64,000 nucleotides of DNA from contig CARHSH010000001.1 of NCBI GenBank assembly GCA_948989975.1, positions 146,906-210,905 of the forward strand. The letters run 5' to 3'. The position numbers were made by a program, and so were the translations under genes. The DNA comes from an uncultured Lachnospiraceae bacterium. Its GTDB lineage: Bacteria; Bacillota; Clostridia; Lachnospirales; Lachnospiraceae. Shown one piece after another: positions 51,291-59,818 of this stretch. The notes beneath the pieces were generated by a model that was not told the DNA's origin, made no database searches, and saw only the letters and a program-made list of their open reading frames with translations. Positions within the stretch are counted from its first letter, which is position 1, and each line of letters opens with the position of its first letter.

Positions 51291-53468
51291 ATGGGTGTAA
51301 AAATAGCGTTGGCAGGAAATCCAAACTGTGGGAAAACGACATTGTTTAATGCGTTGACCGGATCGAACCAATTTGTCGGAAACTGGCCGGGAGTTACGGT
51401 AGAAAAGAAGGAGGGCAAATTAAAGGGCGCGAAAGATGTGACAATCGTGGATTTGCCGGGGATATACTCTCTTTCTCCGTATACGTTAGAAGAAGTTGTT
51501 GCAAGAAATTATCTGATTACAGAGAGGCCGGACGTCATTTTGAATATTGTAGACGGCACGAATTTGGAGCGGAATTTGTATTTGTCCACACAGATTATGG
51601 AGCTTGGCATTCCGGTTGTACTGGCAGTGAATATGATGGATTTAGTGGAAAAAAACCAAGACCAGATCCATATAGATAAACTGGGGAAGAAAATGGGCTG
51701 TGAGGCAGTGGAAATTTCTGCTTTAAAGGGAACTGGGATTGAAAAGGCGGCAAATAAAGCGGTTAGCCTGGCAAAGAAAAAAGAGAAAACGGCTAGGGTA
51801 TGTCAGTTTCAAGAACAGGTGGAAAAAGCGGTTTTGTCTGTTGAAAAAAAACTTGGATCTGAAATACCGGAGGGACAGAAGCGTTTTTTCGCAATAAAAC
51901 TGTTGGAGCGGGACGATAAAATTGGCGGGCAGATTAGCCGCCTTCCCGATGTGGCAAAGGAAATTGAAACGCTGATGCAGGCGTTTGACGACGATGTGGA
52001 AAGCATTATTACAAATGAGCGGTATGAATATATCTCCTCGGTGATCGGGGAATGCTATACGAAAAGCAGGACGCAATCCTTGACAATTTCAGATAAAATT
52101 GACAGAATTGTAACGAATAGAATTTTAGCTCTGCCGATTTTTGCGGCCATTATGTGGCTGGTGTATTATGTGTCTGTGTCGACTATCGGGTCATGGGCGA
52201 CAGATTGGGTGAATGACGGCGTATTTGGCGATGGGTTTTCTCTATTTGGCATGGAAGCGGCAAGCGTTCCAAAGCTTGTGGAAGGGGCGCTTGATGCGGT
52301 AAATTGCGCGGGCTGGCTAAAAGGGCTTGTTTTAGACGGAATTGTAGGCGGCGTGGGCGCAACGCTTGGATTTACGCCGCAAATGTTTGTCTTGTTTTTC
52401 TTCCTCGCGTTTCTGGAAGGGTGTGGATATATGGCGCGGGTTGCATTTATCATGGATCGCATCTTCCGTAAATTTGGGCTGTCGGGAAAATCTTTTATTC
52501 CTATGTTGATTGGAACAGGATGCGGCGTTCCCGGCATTCTGGCGTCAAGGACGATTGAGCAGGACAGAGACCGTAAAATGACTGTAATGACGACAACGTT
52601 CATTCCATGCGGAGCAAAGCTTCCGATTATTGCGTTAATTGCAGGGGCGTTTTTCCATAATTCCGGCTGGGTGTCGTTTAGCGCATTTTTCGTTGGGATT
52701 GCCGCAGTCATTTGTTCCGGCGTAATACTGAAAAAAACAAAAATGTTTTCCGGCGAGCCGGCGCCATTTGTGATGGAGCTTCCGGCTTACCATATGCCGT
52801 CACTGAAAAATGTATTGCGGAGTATGTGGGATCGCGTCTATTCGTTTATCAAAAAAGCCGGAACGGTCATTTTGCTGTCCGCTGTCGCGCTTTGGTTTTT
52901 ACAGGGATTTGGCTGGGTGGACGGTTCCTTTGCCATGTTAGAGGCAGACCAGCTTGAAAGCAGTATTTTGGCAGCGCTTGGCGGCTTGGCGGCGCCGCTC
53001 TTTACGCCGCTTGGCTGGGGGGATTGGAAAATGGCGGTGGCAACATTTACCGGACTGATAGCAAAAGAAAATGTAGTGATGGCTTTTGGGACGCTTTTCG
53101 GTTTTGCGGAAGTGGCGGAAGACGGAAGGGAATTTTGGCAGGCGCTTTCGGCAAGTATGTCGGCAGTGGCGGCGTACTCCTTCTTAGTGTTTAATCTGCT
53201 TTGCGCGCCTTGTTTTGCGGCAATGGGGGCGATGAAAAGAGAGATGAATAACGGGAAATGGTTCTGGTTTGCGGTATTCTATCAGACGGCATTCGCATAT
53301 CTTGTGTCGTTTTGTATCTATCAAATAGGCGCAATGGTTACAACAGGGGCATTTGGCGTTGGGACAATTTTGGCAGTGGCATTGATTGCAGGGTTTTTGT
53401 ATCTTTTGTTCCGTCCGTACCGAAAGAGCGGGAGTTTCGGATTGAAAATGGCTGTTAAGGCAAAATAA
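51291..53468 (+). CDS. feoB: Ferrous iron transporter FeoB
   Basis: G-protein domain GNPNCGKTTLFNALTG, DLPG, NMMD; an extensive C-terminal permease. Start taken at the ATG at 51291. Confidence 0.9.
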   Translation: MGVKIALAGNPNCGKTTLFNALTGSNQFVGNWPGVTVEKKEGKLKGAKDVTIVDLPGIYSLSPYTLEEVVARNYLITERPDVILNIVDGTNLERNLYLSTQIMELGIPVVLAVNMMDLVEKNQDQIHIDKLGKKMGCEAVEISALKGTGIEKAANKAVSLAKKKEKTARVCQFQEQVEKAVLSVEKKLGSEIPEGQKRFFAIKLLERDDKIGGQISRLPDVAKEIETLMQAFDDDVESIITNERYEYISSVIGECYTKSRTQSLTISDKIDRIVTNRILALPIFAAIMWLVYYVSVSTIGSWATDWVNDGVFGDGFSLFGMEAASVPKLVEGALDAVNCAGWLKGLVLDGIVGGVGATLGFTPQMFVLFFFLAFLEGCGYMARVAFIMDRIFRKFGLSGKSFIPMLIGTGCGVPGILASRTIEQDRDRKMTVMTTTFIPCGAKLPIIALIAGAFFHNSGWVSFSAFFVGIAAVICSGVILKKTKMFSGEPAPFVMELPAYHMPSLKNVLRSMWDRVYSFIKKAGTVILLSAVALWFLQGFGWVDGSFAMLEADQLESSILAALGGLAAPLFTPLGWGDWKMAVATFTGLIAKENVVMAFGTLFGFAEVAEDGREFWQALSASMSAVAAYSFLVFNLLCAPCFAAMGAMKREMNNGKWFWFAVFYQTAFAYLVSFCIYQIGAMVTTGAFGVGTILAVALIAGFLYLLFRPYRKSGSFGLKMAVKAK

Positions 53469-53493
53469 TATTAAGATAGAAAGAAGGTATGGC

Positions 53494-53625
53494 ATGGGAA
53501 CGTTTTTCGTGGGATGCATAGTGTTATGTTGTGTGGGAGCCGCGGTCAGGAGCGTGGTTTTAGGGAAGAAAAAAGGAAAAGGATCTTGCGGCGGAGACTG
53601 TGGGAGGTGTAAGGGCTGCCATTAG
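53494..53625 (+). CDS. FeoB-associated Cys-rich membrane mini-protein (43 aa)
   Basis: MGTFFVGCIVLCCVGAAVRSVVLGKKKGKGSCGGDCGRCKGCH: a TM helix plus a CxxxCxxCxxC tail, directly after feoB. Confidence 0.6.
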   Translation: MGTFFVGCIVLCCVGAAVRSVVLGKKKGKGSCGGDCGRCKGCH

Positions 53626-53775
53626 GCGGGGCTTTTGCATATGCGTTGCATGATTGGTTATATGGTTTCTGCCTGACAGGCGCTTATGGCTTGTCAGGAA
53701 AAAATCATATCTTAGAATTGCGTAAAATGCCGTAAAACGTTTTCCGGCATTTTTTTGTTTTGGGAGGGAAAATAG

Positions 53776-54423
53776 ATGTATGATACGATACTGTTTGACT
53801 TAGACGGAACGTTAGTGGATTCTGGCTTAGGGATTACAAATTCCGTTGCGTATTCCTTGAAACGGTTTGGGATTGAGGTGTGGGACCGGACGGAATTGTA
53901 CCGTTTTATCGGGCCGCCTCTGCATGAATCCTATGAGAATTATTATGGTTTTTCTCCAGAGAAAGCAAAAGAGGCAGTAGAGGTTTATAGAGAATATTAC
54001 CAGAAAAAGGGGATTTATGAGAATAAAGTTTATGATGGGATCTTGGACTTGCTTATGCGCCTTTACCATGCGAAAAAGAAGCTGATTGTCGCAACTTCTA
54101 AGCCGGAAACGTTTGCAAAGCAGATTTTGCGGCATGTAAGGCTGGAGGAATATTTTTCGTATATTGCGGGCTCAAATCTGGATGGGAGCCGGACGAAAAA
54201 AGAGGAGGTGATTTCTTATGCGCTTGCGGCAGGCGGCGTGACGGATTTAAAAAAGGCGGTAATGGTTGGAGACAGGGAGTATGACATATTAGGGGCGAAA
54301 AAAGCCGGAATAGACGGCATTGGCGTTTTATTTGGCTATGGGAGCAGGGAAGAGCTGTGTAAATCGGGGGCAGTTTTTACTGCGGATTGCCCAAGAGATA
54401 TTTTTTCGTTTCTTATACAATAG
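53776..54423 (+). CDS. HAD-superfamily hydrolase (subfamily IA, phosphoglycolate-phosphatase-like)
   Basis: Motif I FDLDGTLVDS, motif II ATSK, and the motif IV GD..D region (MVGDREYDILGAKKAGI). Confidence 0.8.
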   Translation: MYDTILFDLDGTLVDSGLGITNSVAYSLKRFGIEVWDRTELYRFIGPPLHESYENYYGFSPEKAKEAVEVYREYYQKKGIYENKVYDGILDLLMRLYHAKKKLIVATSKPETFAKQILRHVRLEEYFSYIAGSNLDGSRTKKEEVISYALAAGGVTDLKKAVMVGDREYDILGAKKAGIDGIGVLFGYGSREELCKSGAVFTADCPRDIFSFLIQ

Positions 54424-54496
54424 AATCCTTATGAATTTACCGGTTTTTGCCGATGTAACAGGTAAAAGCGGCAGAGGCATAAGGAGGGGCAAAGAT

Positions 54497-55357
54497 ATGA
54501 GCTTATCAGTTAAGAGTGATAATAACGGCATTTCGGCTGGTATGTCTAGCCATATGGCAGGGGTAAAGAACAGGGAAGAAACTGTGCAGAAATGGCGGAA
54601 ACGGAATGAAAAGAAGAAAATGATAAAAAGGAGCCTAAACTATAATCCAAGGGAAATTGCAAACCAATTAGTTCAGGCCTCAAAGTCCAGAGTGGCGGCG
54701 GTTGTTTTAATTCGGGCGAAAGGGAAACTGGTATCTTTGCAGCAGGCGTATGTGTCGGAACAGTATGATCAGGCGGAAGTGCGCACAGCGTTAGCCCATG
54801 CAAAGCGCATGGTTGAGTGTTCCAGATTAAAGGTGCGTAATTTAAAGGAAGAAGAACAGTTAAAAACCCGCAATGACAAAGGGGAAGATGACGGGAAGAT
54901 CAAGCGCAGGAGAGAAGTGCGTAAACGTGTGAAGAAAAAAGAGCAGGAATTGAAAGTGAAGCTTGCGATAGAGGAGGGGCATCGGGTTTTAAAGGAAAAA
55001 CAGCGCCAGCAGGAGCTTAGGCAGAAACGCCGTTTGCACAGGAATGAGGAGCTTGGCAAAATATCGGAAGCGGACATGAAGTATATGGAAGACAAGTTGA
55101 GGGAAAGAGAAAACAGCCATTCCGTGGACGACAATGGCGTAGTTTTGGAATTAAGCGGCGCAAGCGCGCAATTAACAGAGTTAAAGATGATGGAACAGCA
55201 AGTAGAGCAGCAGGTGGAAATGGAAGTGGAAATGAGTATGTCTGCGGCAGATTTTGGCGGATCGTCCCTGTCATCGGCAGATTTGGGAACTGCGTCCGGC
55301 GGGGGAAGTGTGGGAGTATCTGAGATGGCGGCGGCAACAGTAGACGTGTCGGTGTAA
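54497..55357 (+). CDS. Highly charged K/R/E-rich coiled-coil hypothetical protein (286 aa)
   Basis: ATG at 54497 after AAGGAGGGG; a long KRRREVRKRVKKKEQELKVK... segment; an acidic, Gly/Ser-rich C-terminus. Confidence 0.45.
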   Translation: MSLSVKSDNNGISAGMSSHMAGVKNREETVQKWRKRNEKKKMIKRSLNYNPREIANQLVQASKSRVAAVVLIRAKGKLVSLQQAYVSEQYDQAEVRTALAHAKRMVECSRLKVRNLKEEEQLKTRNDKGEDDGKIKRRREVRKRVKKKEQELKVKLAIEEGHRVLKEKQRQQELRQKRRLHRNEELGKISEADMKYMEDKLRERENSHSVDDNGVVLELSGASAQLTELKMMEQQVEQQVEMEVEMSMSAADFGGSSLSSADLGTASGGGSVGVSEMAAATVDVSV

Positions 55358-55401
55358 AACTGTTATACTGGTATTCAAATAAAGTATATGGAGGCGTAGC
55401 G

Positions 55402-56208
55402 ATGGACATTAAGATTCAAAATGATTCAGCGTCGGCAGTTTGCCAGACGTTTGGGGCGGAATTATTATCTTATCAAACGAAAGACGGAAAAGAATATATG
55501 TGGCAGAAAGATCCGGCCTATTGGGCGAAAACTTCTCCGGTGCTGTTCCCTTATATTGGCCCGGTGTTAAGTCCGGTCCAGATTCACGGAAAAGCGTATG
55601 ATATGCCGCGTCATGGTTTTGTAAAGGATGCGGAGTTTGAAATTGCCGCGCAAGGAGAGGATTTCGTGACGCTTAAAACGGAATCTAACCCGAAAACGCT
55701 GGCGGTTTATCCGTATGAGTTTACATTTACGGTTACATTCCGGTTAAATGGCGCGGCTCTTGACGTAATTTACGGCGTAGTGAACCGAAGCGGGGAAGAA
55801 CTGCCTTTTTTGGTTGGAGGGCATCCGGCGTTCTTTTGCCCGATGGAACAGGGAGAGAAATTTACGGAATACCTGCTGCATTTTGAAGACAATGACAAAG
55901 AGGACGTGGCGTTAAATTATCCGCTGTTTGATAACGATGCAATCCTGTTTGAAGATTTTAAGGTAAGGACGGTAAAACTAATCCATCAGGAAACGAAACG
56001 CGGCATCCAGTTTGATTTTCCGGATTATCCGTCCATTGCCTTTTGGACGCCGATTGGGAAGGAGGCGCCGTTTCTTTGTCTGGAGCCATGGTGCAGTGGG
56101 ACATTAGATCAGGCGCCAAATACGAACCTTTTGGAAAAAAAGTATGCGCAGACGCTTTCGGCAGGGGAATCAAAGGATTACCGCTTTACGGTTGCGCCGT
56201 GTAAATGA
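55402..56208 (+). CDS. Aldose 1-epimerase-family protein (galactose mutarotase-like)
   Basis: YIGPV, PRHGF and GGHPAF motifs typical of the aldose-epimerase superfamily. Confidence 0.7.
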   Translation: MDIKIQNDSASAVCQTFGAELLSYQTKDGKEYMWQKDPAYWAKTSPVLFPYIGPVLSPVQIHGKAYDMPRHGFVKDAEFEIAAQGEDFVTLKTESNPKTLAVYPYEFTFTVTFRLNGAALDVIYGVVNRSGEELPFLVGGHPAFFCPMEQGEKFTEYLLHFEDNDKEDVALNYPLFDNDAILFEDFKVRTVKLIHQETKRGIQFDFPDYPSIAFWTPIGKEAPFLCLEPWCSGTLDQAPNTNLLEKKYAQTLSAGESKDYRFTVAPCK

Positions 56209-57323
56209 GGGCGGGAATGATTCGGTATATTATGTTTGCGGCGGCGCTTTTGTGTTTGCTTTTTTGTTATTTGTTTTTCCGCATTCGAAAACTGCTTCGG
56301 TTTTATGGGGCGGATTTAGAGAAAAAATGGGTGAAAGCAGTAAATGCGCTGCTTGCAGCAGGGATTTCCGCGTCTTGTCTGGCAATTTTTTGGACAGGCG
56401 CGGTTGTCGCGCTTTATGCGGTGGGTTGTTCTGTCATATTAGATCTGATTGTATTTATGGGACGTAAGGCAGGCGGAGCGGGTTTGTGGGCCGGGAAGGG
56501 ATTTTTCTATAAACTGTATCAGAGCGGGCTTTTGCCGGTATTGTTTGCGGCGGCAGTGTTTGTGTACGGCTGGCAGAATATGCGTCAAATCCGGCTGACC
56601 GTTTATCAGGCGCAGACAGAGAAAGACGTTACGCCGTACCGGATTGCGCTTTTGACGGACGTGCATTATGATTCCGTTCAAGACAGCAGTGTTTTGAAAG
56701 ATAAAATTCAGGAAATAAACGAACAGAATGTGGATATTGTGGTTCTGGGCGGGGATATTGTGGAGGAAGGCACTTCGAAGGAGAAAATGCAGGAAGCGTT
56801 TCAGCTTCTGGGCGGGATTAAAAACCGGCATGGAGTGTATTATGTGTATGGAAACCATGACAGGCAGCCGTATACAAACCACCGGACGTATACCGATGAG
56901 GAGTTAGAGCAGGCAATACTGGCAGGCGGAATTGAGATTTTAGAGGATTCATTTGTGGAAATCGGCGGCGATTTGATTTTAGCAGGCAGGAAAGACGCGG
57001 CTTGGGGACAGACGAAACAAAGGGCGTCCGTCGGCGAGATTTTGGAAGGCGCAGACAGGGAAAAGTATGTGATTATGGCAGACCACCAGCCAGTCGATGC
57101 AGAGGAAAATGCCGCGCAGGGCGTGGACTTAGAGCTGTCCGGGCATACGCATGCCGGGCAGATTTGGCCGATGGGCGTATTGTCGGAATGGTTTGGCGCA
57201 TTAAATTATGGGGAATACGAAAAAGACGGATGTAAGGTAATCGTTTCTTCCGGCGTGGCAGGCTGGGCTTATACGATACGGACGGGAAAGCATTGTGAGT
57301 ATGTAATCGTGGAATTAAGCTAG
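56205..57323 (+). CDS. Membrane-anchored metallophosphoesterase (calcineurin-like)
   Basis: N-terminal TM helices; DVHYDS, GGDIVEEG, GNHD and GHTHAGQ metal-binding motifs. Confidence 0.8.
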   Translation: MRAGMIRYIMFAAALLCLLFCYLFFRIRKLLRFYGADLEKKWVKAVNALLAAGISASCLAIFWTGAVVALYAVGCSVILDLIVFMGRKAGGAGLWAGKGFFYKLYQSGLLPVLFAAAVFVYGWQNMRQIRLTVYQAQTEKDVTPYRIALLTDVHYDSVQDSSVLKDKIQEINEQNVDIVVLGGDIVEEGTSKEKMQEAFQLLGGIKNRHGVYYVYGNHDRQPYTNHRTYTDEELEQAILAGGIEILEDSFVEIGGDLILAGRKDAAWGQTKQRASVGEILEGADREKYVIMADHQPVDAEENAAQGVDLELSGHTHAGQIWPMGVLSEWFGALNYGEYEKDGCKVIVSSGVAGWAYTIRTGKHCEYVIVELS

Positions 57324-57378
57324 GCTTTGCATTTTATGAAGCATTTTTATGTAAACATTTTATAGAAAAAAAATTATC

Positions 57379-57406
57379 TTGACAGATATGCGGGATATGA
57401 TATACT
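57379..57406 (+). promoter_or_regulatory. Promoter TTGACA-16-TGaTATACT (extended -10) upstream of the cobalamin riboswitch
   Basis: Hexamers at 57379..57384 and 57401..57406, with TG at 57398..57399. Confidence 0.5.
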
Positions 57407-57419
57407 TTGAGAAACAAAA

Positions 57420-57640
57420 GAAAGAACATTCCGGTGTCAGGACAATGTTGTCATTGGTACTGGTGAAAAGGGAAACAGGTGGAAGTCCTGTACGAACTCG
57501 TCACCGTGATTAGGGAGTGAAGGCTGATAAATCACTGGGAAACTGGGAAGATAGCCTAAGCGTGGATCTTTGAGTCGGGAGACCTGCCGGAATGTGTACA
57601 GAAACGATAGTTTCAGGCCACGAGTGATTGGTTGTACATG
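57420..57640 (+). ncRNA. Cobalamin (B12) riboswitch
   Basis: B12-box AGTCGGGAGACCTGCC at 57573..57588; the upstream conserved core GGTGAAAAGGGAAACAGGTGGAAGTCC; located in the 5' leader of a B12-uptake-like operon. Confidence 0.75.
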
Positions 57641-57645
57641 AAAAA

Positions 57646-57670
57646 CCGCAGGTTCTTGCGGGATTTTTGG
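57646..57670 (+). terminator. Riboswitch expression-platform terminator (ccgcaggttcttgcgg + T5)
   Basis: Hairpin directly followed by gattttt. Confidence 0.5.
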
Positions 57671-57749
57671 ACGATTTTAAATGTGAACCCTTTGCCTGTA
57701 ATTAGGAGAGGGTTTTTTTATGCAGTGTTGAGATGGGAGAAAAGCCAAG

Positions 57750-58010
57750 ATGGAGCATTCGTACCGTTTTTTTGAAAACAGGGATTGTGAATATTTTCCC
57801 TGCCATCAGGGACTTACTGAGTTGAACTGCCTGTTTTGTTACTGCCCGCTTTATGGTTTGGAACATTGTTTCGGGGAGGGGGAATTTGTGGAGCAAGACG
57901 GAAAACGGGTAAAAGACTGTTCAAACTGCGTGTTTCCGCATAAGCCAAAACATTACGATGCGTTAGTTTTGGCATTGCGCGCGCAGAATAAAAAGAGAGA
58001 AAACACATAG
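57750..58010 (+). CDS. Cysteine-rich small domain protein (zf-like, CxYFPCH family)
   Basis: 86 aa with the Cys/His pattern DCEYFPCH...CLFCYCP...HC...CSNC. Confidence 0.55.
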   Translation: MEHSYRFFENRDCEYFPCHQGLTELNCLFCYCPLYGLEHCFGEGEFVEQDGKRVKDCSNCVFPHKPKHYDALVLALRAQNKKRENT

Positions 58011-58033
58011 AAATCGAAAGGGAGATAAAAATA

Positions 58034-58477
58034 GTGAATAAGAAGAATAAAACGTTTCAGAGGGTATCAGTTTTGCTGTTGTTTTCATTTTTGCTGGCAG
58101 TGGCAGGATGCGGCAAAGACACAACCCCAAAAACCGTCCCGGAGACAGAAACGGCTTCTGATTTGTCAGAAGGCGGCGTGATTGGGGAAGGCAGCAGGGA
58201 ATTTGCGTTTACGGTTGTGGAAAAAGATGGGAAAGAAACGGAATTTGAGGTGCATACGGAGAAAGAAACCGTTGGGGAAGCGCTTTTGGAGCTTGGGCTG
58301 ATTTCAGGGGAAGAAGGCGAATACGGGCTTTATGTGAAAACAGTGAATGGCGTAACGGCGGATTTTGACGCTGACGGCGTATACTGGGCATTTTATATCA
58401 ATGACGAATATGCGCAGACCAGCGTGGATATGACGAAAATTGAAGATGGGGCTAGTTACTCCTTTCGGATAGAATAG
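58034..58477 (+). CDS. DUF4430-domain lipoprotein (transcobalamin-like B12-binding candidate)
   Basis: Lipobox LLAVAGCGKD; the C-terminus VYWAFYINDEYA...DGASYSFRIE is typical of DUF4430. Confidence 0.55.
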   Translation: MNKKNKTFQRVSVLLLFSFLLAVAGCGKDTTPKTVPETETASDLSEGGVIGEGSREFAFTVVEKDGKETEFEVHTEKETVGEALLELGLISGEEGEYGLYVKTVNGVTADFDADGVYWAFYINDEYAQTSVDMTKIEDGASYSFRIE

Positions 58478-58479
58478 CA

Positions 58480-58998
58480 TTGAAGCTTACGACGAGGGAA
58501 ATTGCCGTTTTTGCAATGCTTGGCGCCGTGATGTATGTTTCAAAGATGATTATGGAACTTGCCCCAAATATTCATCTGCTTGGCGTTTTTACGGTTGCTT
58601 TTACAGTGGTGTACCGCAAAAAAGCGTTGTATCCGATCTATGCCTATGTATTGTTAAATGGATTATTTTGCGGGTTTGCCGGATGGTGGATTCCATATCT
58701 GTATGTATGGACGTTTCTTTGGGGCGTTGTCATGCTTTTGCCAAGACAGATTCCGAAACGGGTTCGGCCGTTTGCATATATGACGGTTTGCGCGATACAT
58801 GGATTCTTGTTTGGAACGCTCTACGCTCCGGCGCATGCGGTTTTGTATGGGTTAAGCCTAAAGGGCATGATTGCATGGATTGTGGCGGGCCTGCCTTTTG
58901 ATTTTATACATGGCGTAAGCAATTTTTTCTGTGGGATACTGGCTGTGCCGATTATATCTGTATTGCGCTATGCGGAAAGGAATGCAAATCAGGAATAA
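58480..58998 (+). CDS. ECF-transporter substrate-specific (S) component, CbrT-like
   Basis: 172 aa with about 6 TM helices, and no adjacent EcfA/EcfT genes (a group-II ECF arrangement). Confidence 0.55.
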   Translation: MKLTTREIAVFAMLGAVMYVSKMIMELAPNIHLLGVFTVAFTVVYRKKALYPIYAYVLLNGLFCGFAGWWIPYLYVWTFLWGVVMLLPRQIPKRVRPFAYMTVCAIHGFLFGTLYAPAHAVLYGLSLKGMIAWIVAGLPFDFIHGVSNFFCGILAVPIISVLRYAERNANQE

Positions 58999-59054
58999 AT
59001 ATTTTATGACAAAAAGCATAGAATTGATTACATGGAAACTTAAGTGTCATTGGA

Positions 59055-59089
59055 AAAAGTCGATATTTATAGTATATCGACTTTTTTTG
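59055..59089 (+). terminator. Rho-independent terminator (aaaaagtcgatat...atatcgacttttttt)
   Basis: 13-bp stem followed by T7, immediately before the LytTR regulator gene. Confidence 0.65.
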
Positions 59090-59105
59090 ACGGTTTGGAG
59101 GAGCT

Positions 59106-59807
59106 ATGTTAAAAATCGCAGTTTGTGACGATGACAGTTTGATACGGGAGATTGTGCGCGCGGCAGTGGAGCGGACAGTGAATGCCAAAACAGATTTCTA
59201 TGAGAGCGGGGAAGATTTGCTTTCTTCTGAGACGGCCTATGACATTGTTTTTCTCGATATTTGTTTTGGGGGAGAAGGGGATACGCAAAAGCAAAATGGC
59301 ATGGAGACTGCGAGAAAGTACCGGAGCCGTTCAGATGGCCTGATTATTTTTATAACGGCTTTGCGGGAATATGTATTTGAAGCCTATGACGTAGAGGCGT
59401 TTCATTATCTGACAAAACCGCTTGATGAAGAAAAATTATGCAGCGTCATCAAACGCGCGGCGGCAAAGGCAGAGGAAAAAATTGTCATTCCGGTCTTGTC
59501 GGTGAAGGCAAATGGGAAATGCCTTCAGATAAAGACGCCAGATATTTATTATGCTGAAAATGACGGAAGGAAAGTGGCGCTGCATACGAAAAATGGCGTT
59601 GTTTCCTACTATGAGAAAATGGAAGCGCTGCAGCAGGAATTAGGGGAGGGGTTTTACCGCTCACACAGGGGCTATCTTGTCAATTTGAATGAAATTGCAG
59701 GATATGACCGCACAAGCATTACTTTAAAATGCGGGGATACCGTGTTCTTAGCAAAGTTAAAATACAATGATTTTGTGGCGGCATATATGGATTATTTAAT
59801 GAAATAA
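59106..59807 (+). CDS. LytTR-family response regulator
   Basis: Receiver domain (MLKIAVCDDD... VFLDI) plus a LytTR DNA-binding domain (YYAENDGRKVALHTKNG...SHRGYLVNLNEI). Confidence 0.85.
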   Translation: MLKIAVCDDDSLIREIVRAAVERTVNAKTDFYESGEDLLSSETAYDIVFLDICFGGEGDTQKQNGMETARKYRSRSDGLIIFITALREYVFEAYDVEAFHYLTKPLDEEKLCSVIKRAAAKAEEKIVIPVLSVKANGKCLQIKTPDIYYAENDGRKVALHTKNGVVSYYEKMEALQQELGEGFYRSHRGYLVNLNEIAGYDRTSITLKCGDTVFLAKLKYNDFVAAYMDYLMK

Positions 59808-59818
59808 TTAGGACGGGA

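Noticed and set aside
58931-59128. Small ORF or AgrD-like autoinducing peptide candidate upstream of the LytTR regulator
   Set aside because: It overlaps the strong terminator hairpin. It has no amphipathic leader or conserved Cys plus acidic tail pattern. There is no AgrB-like gene.
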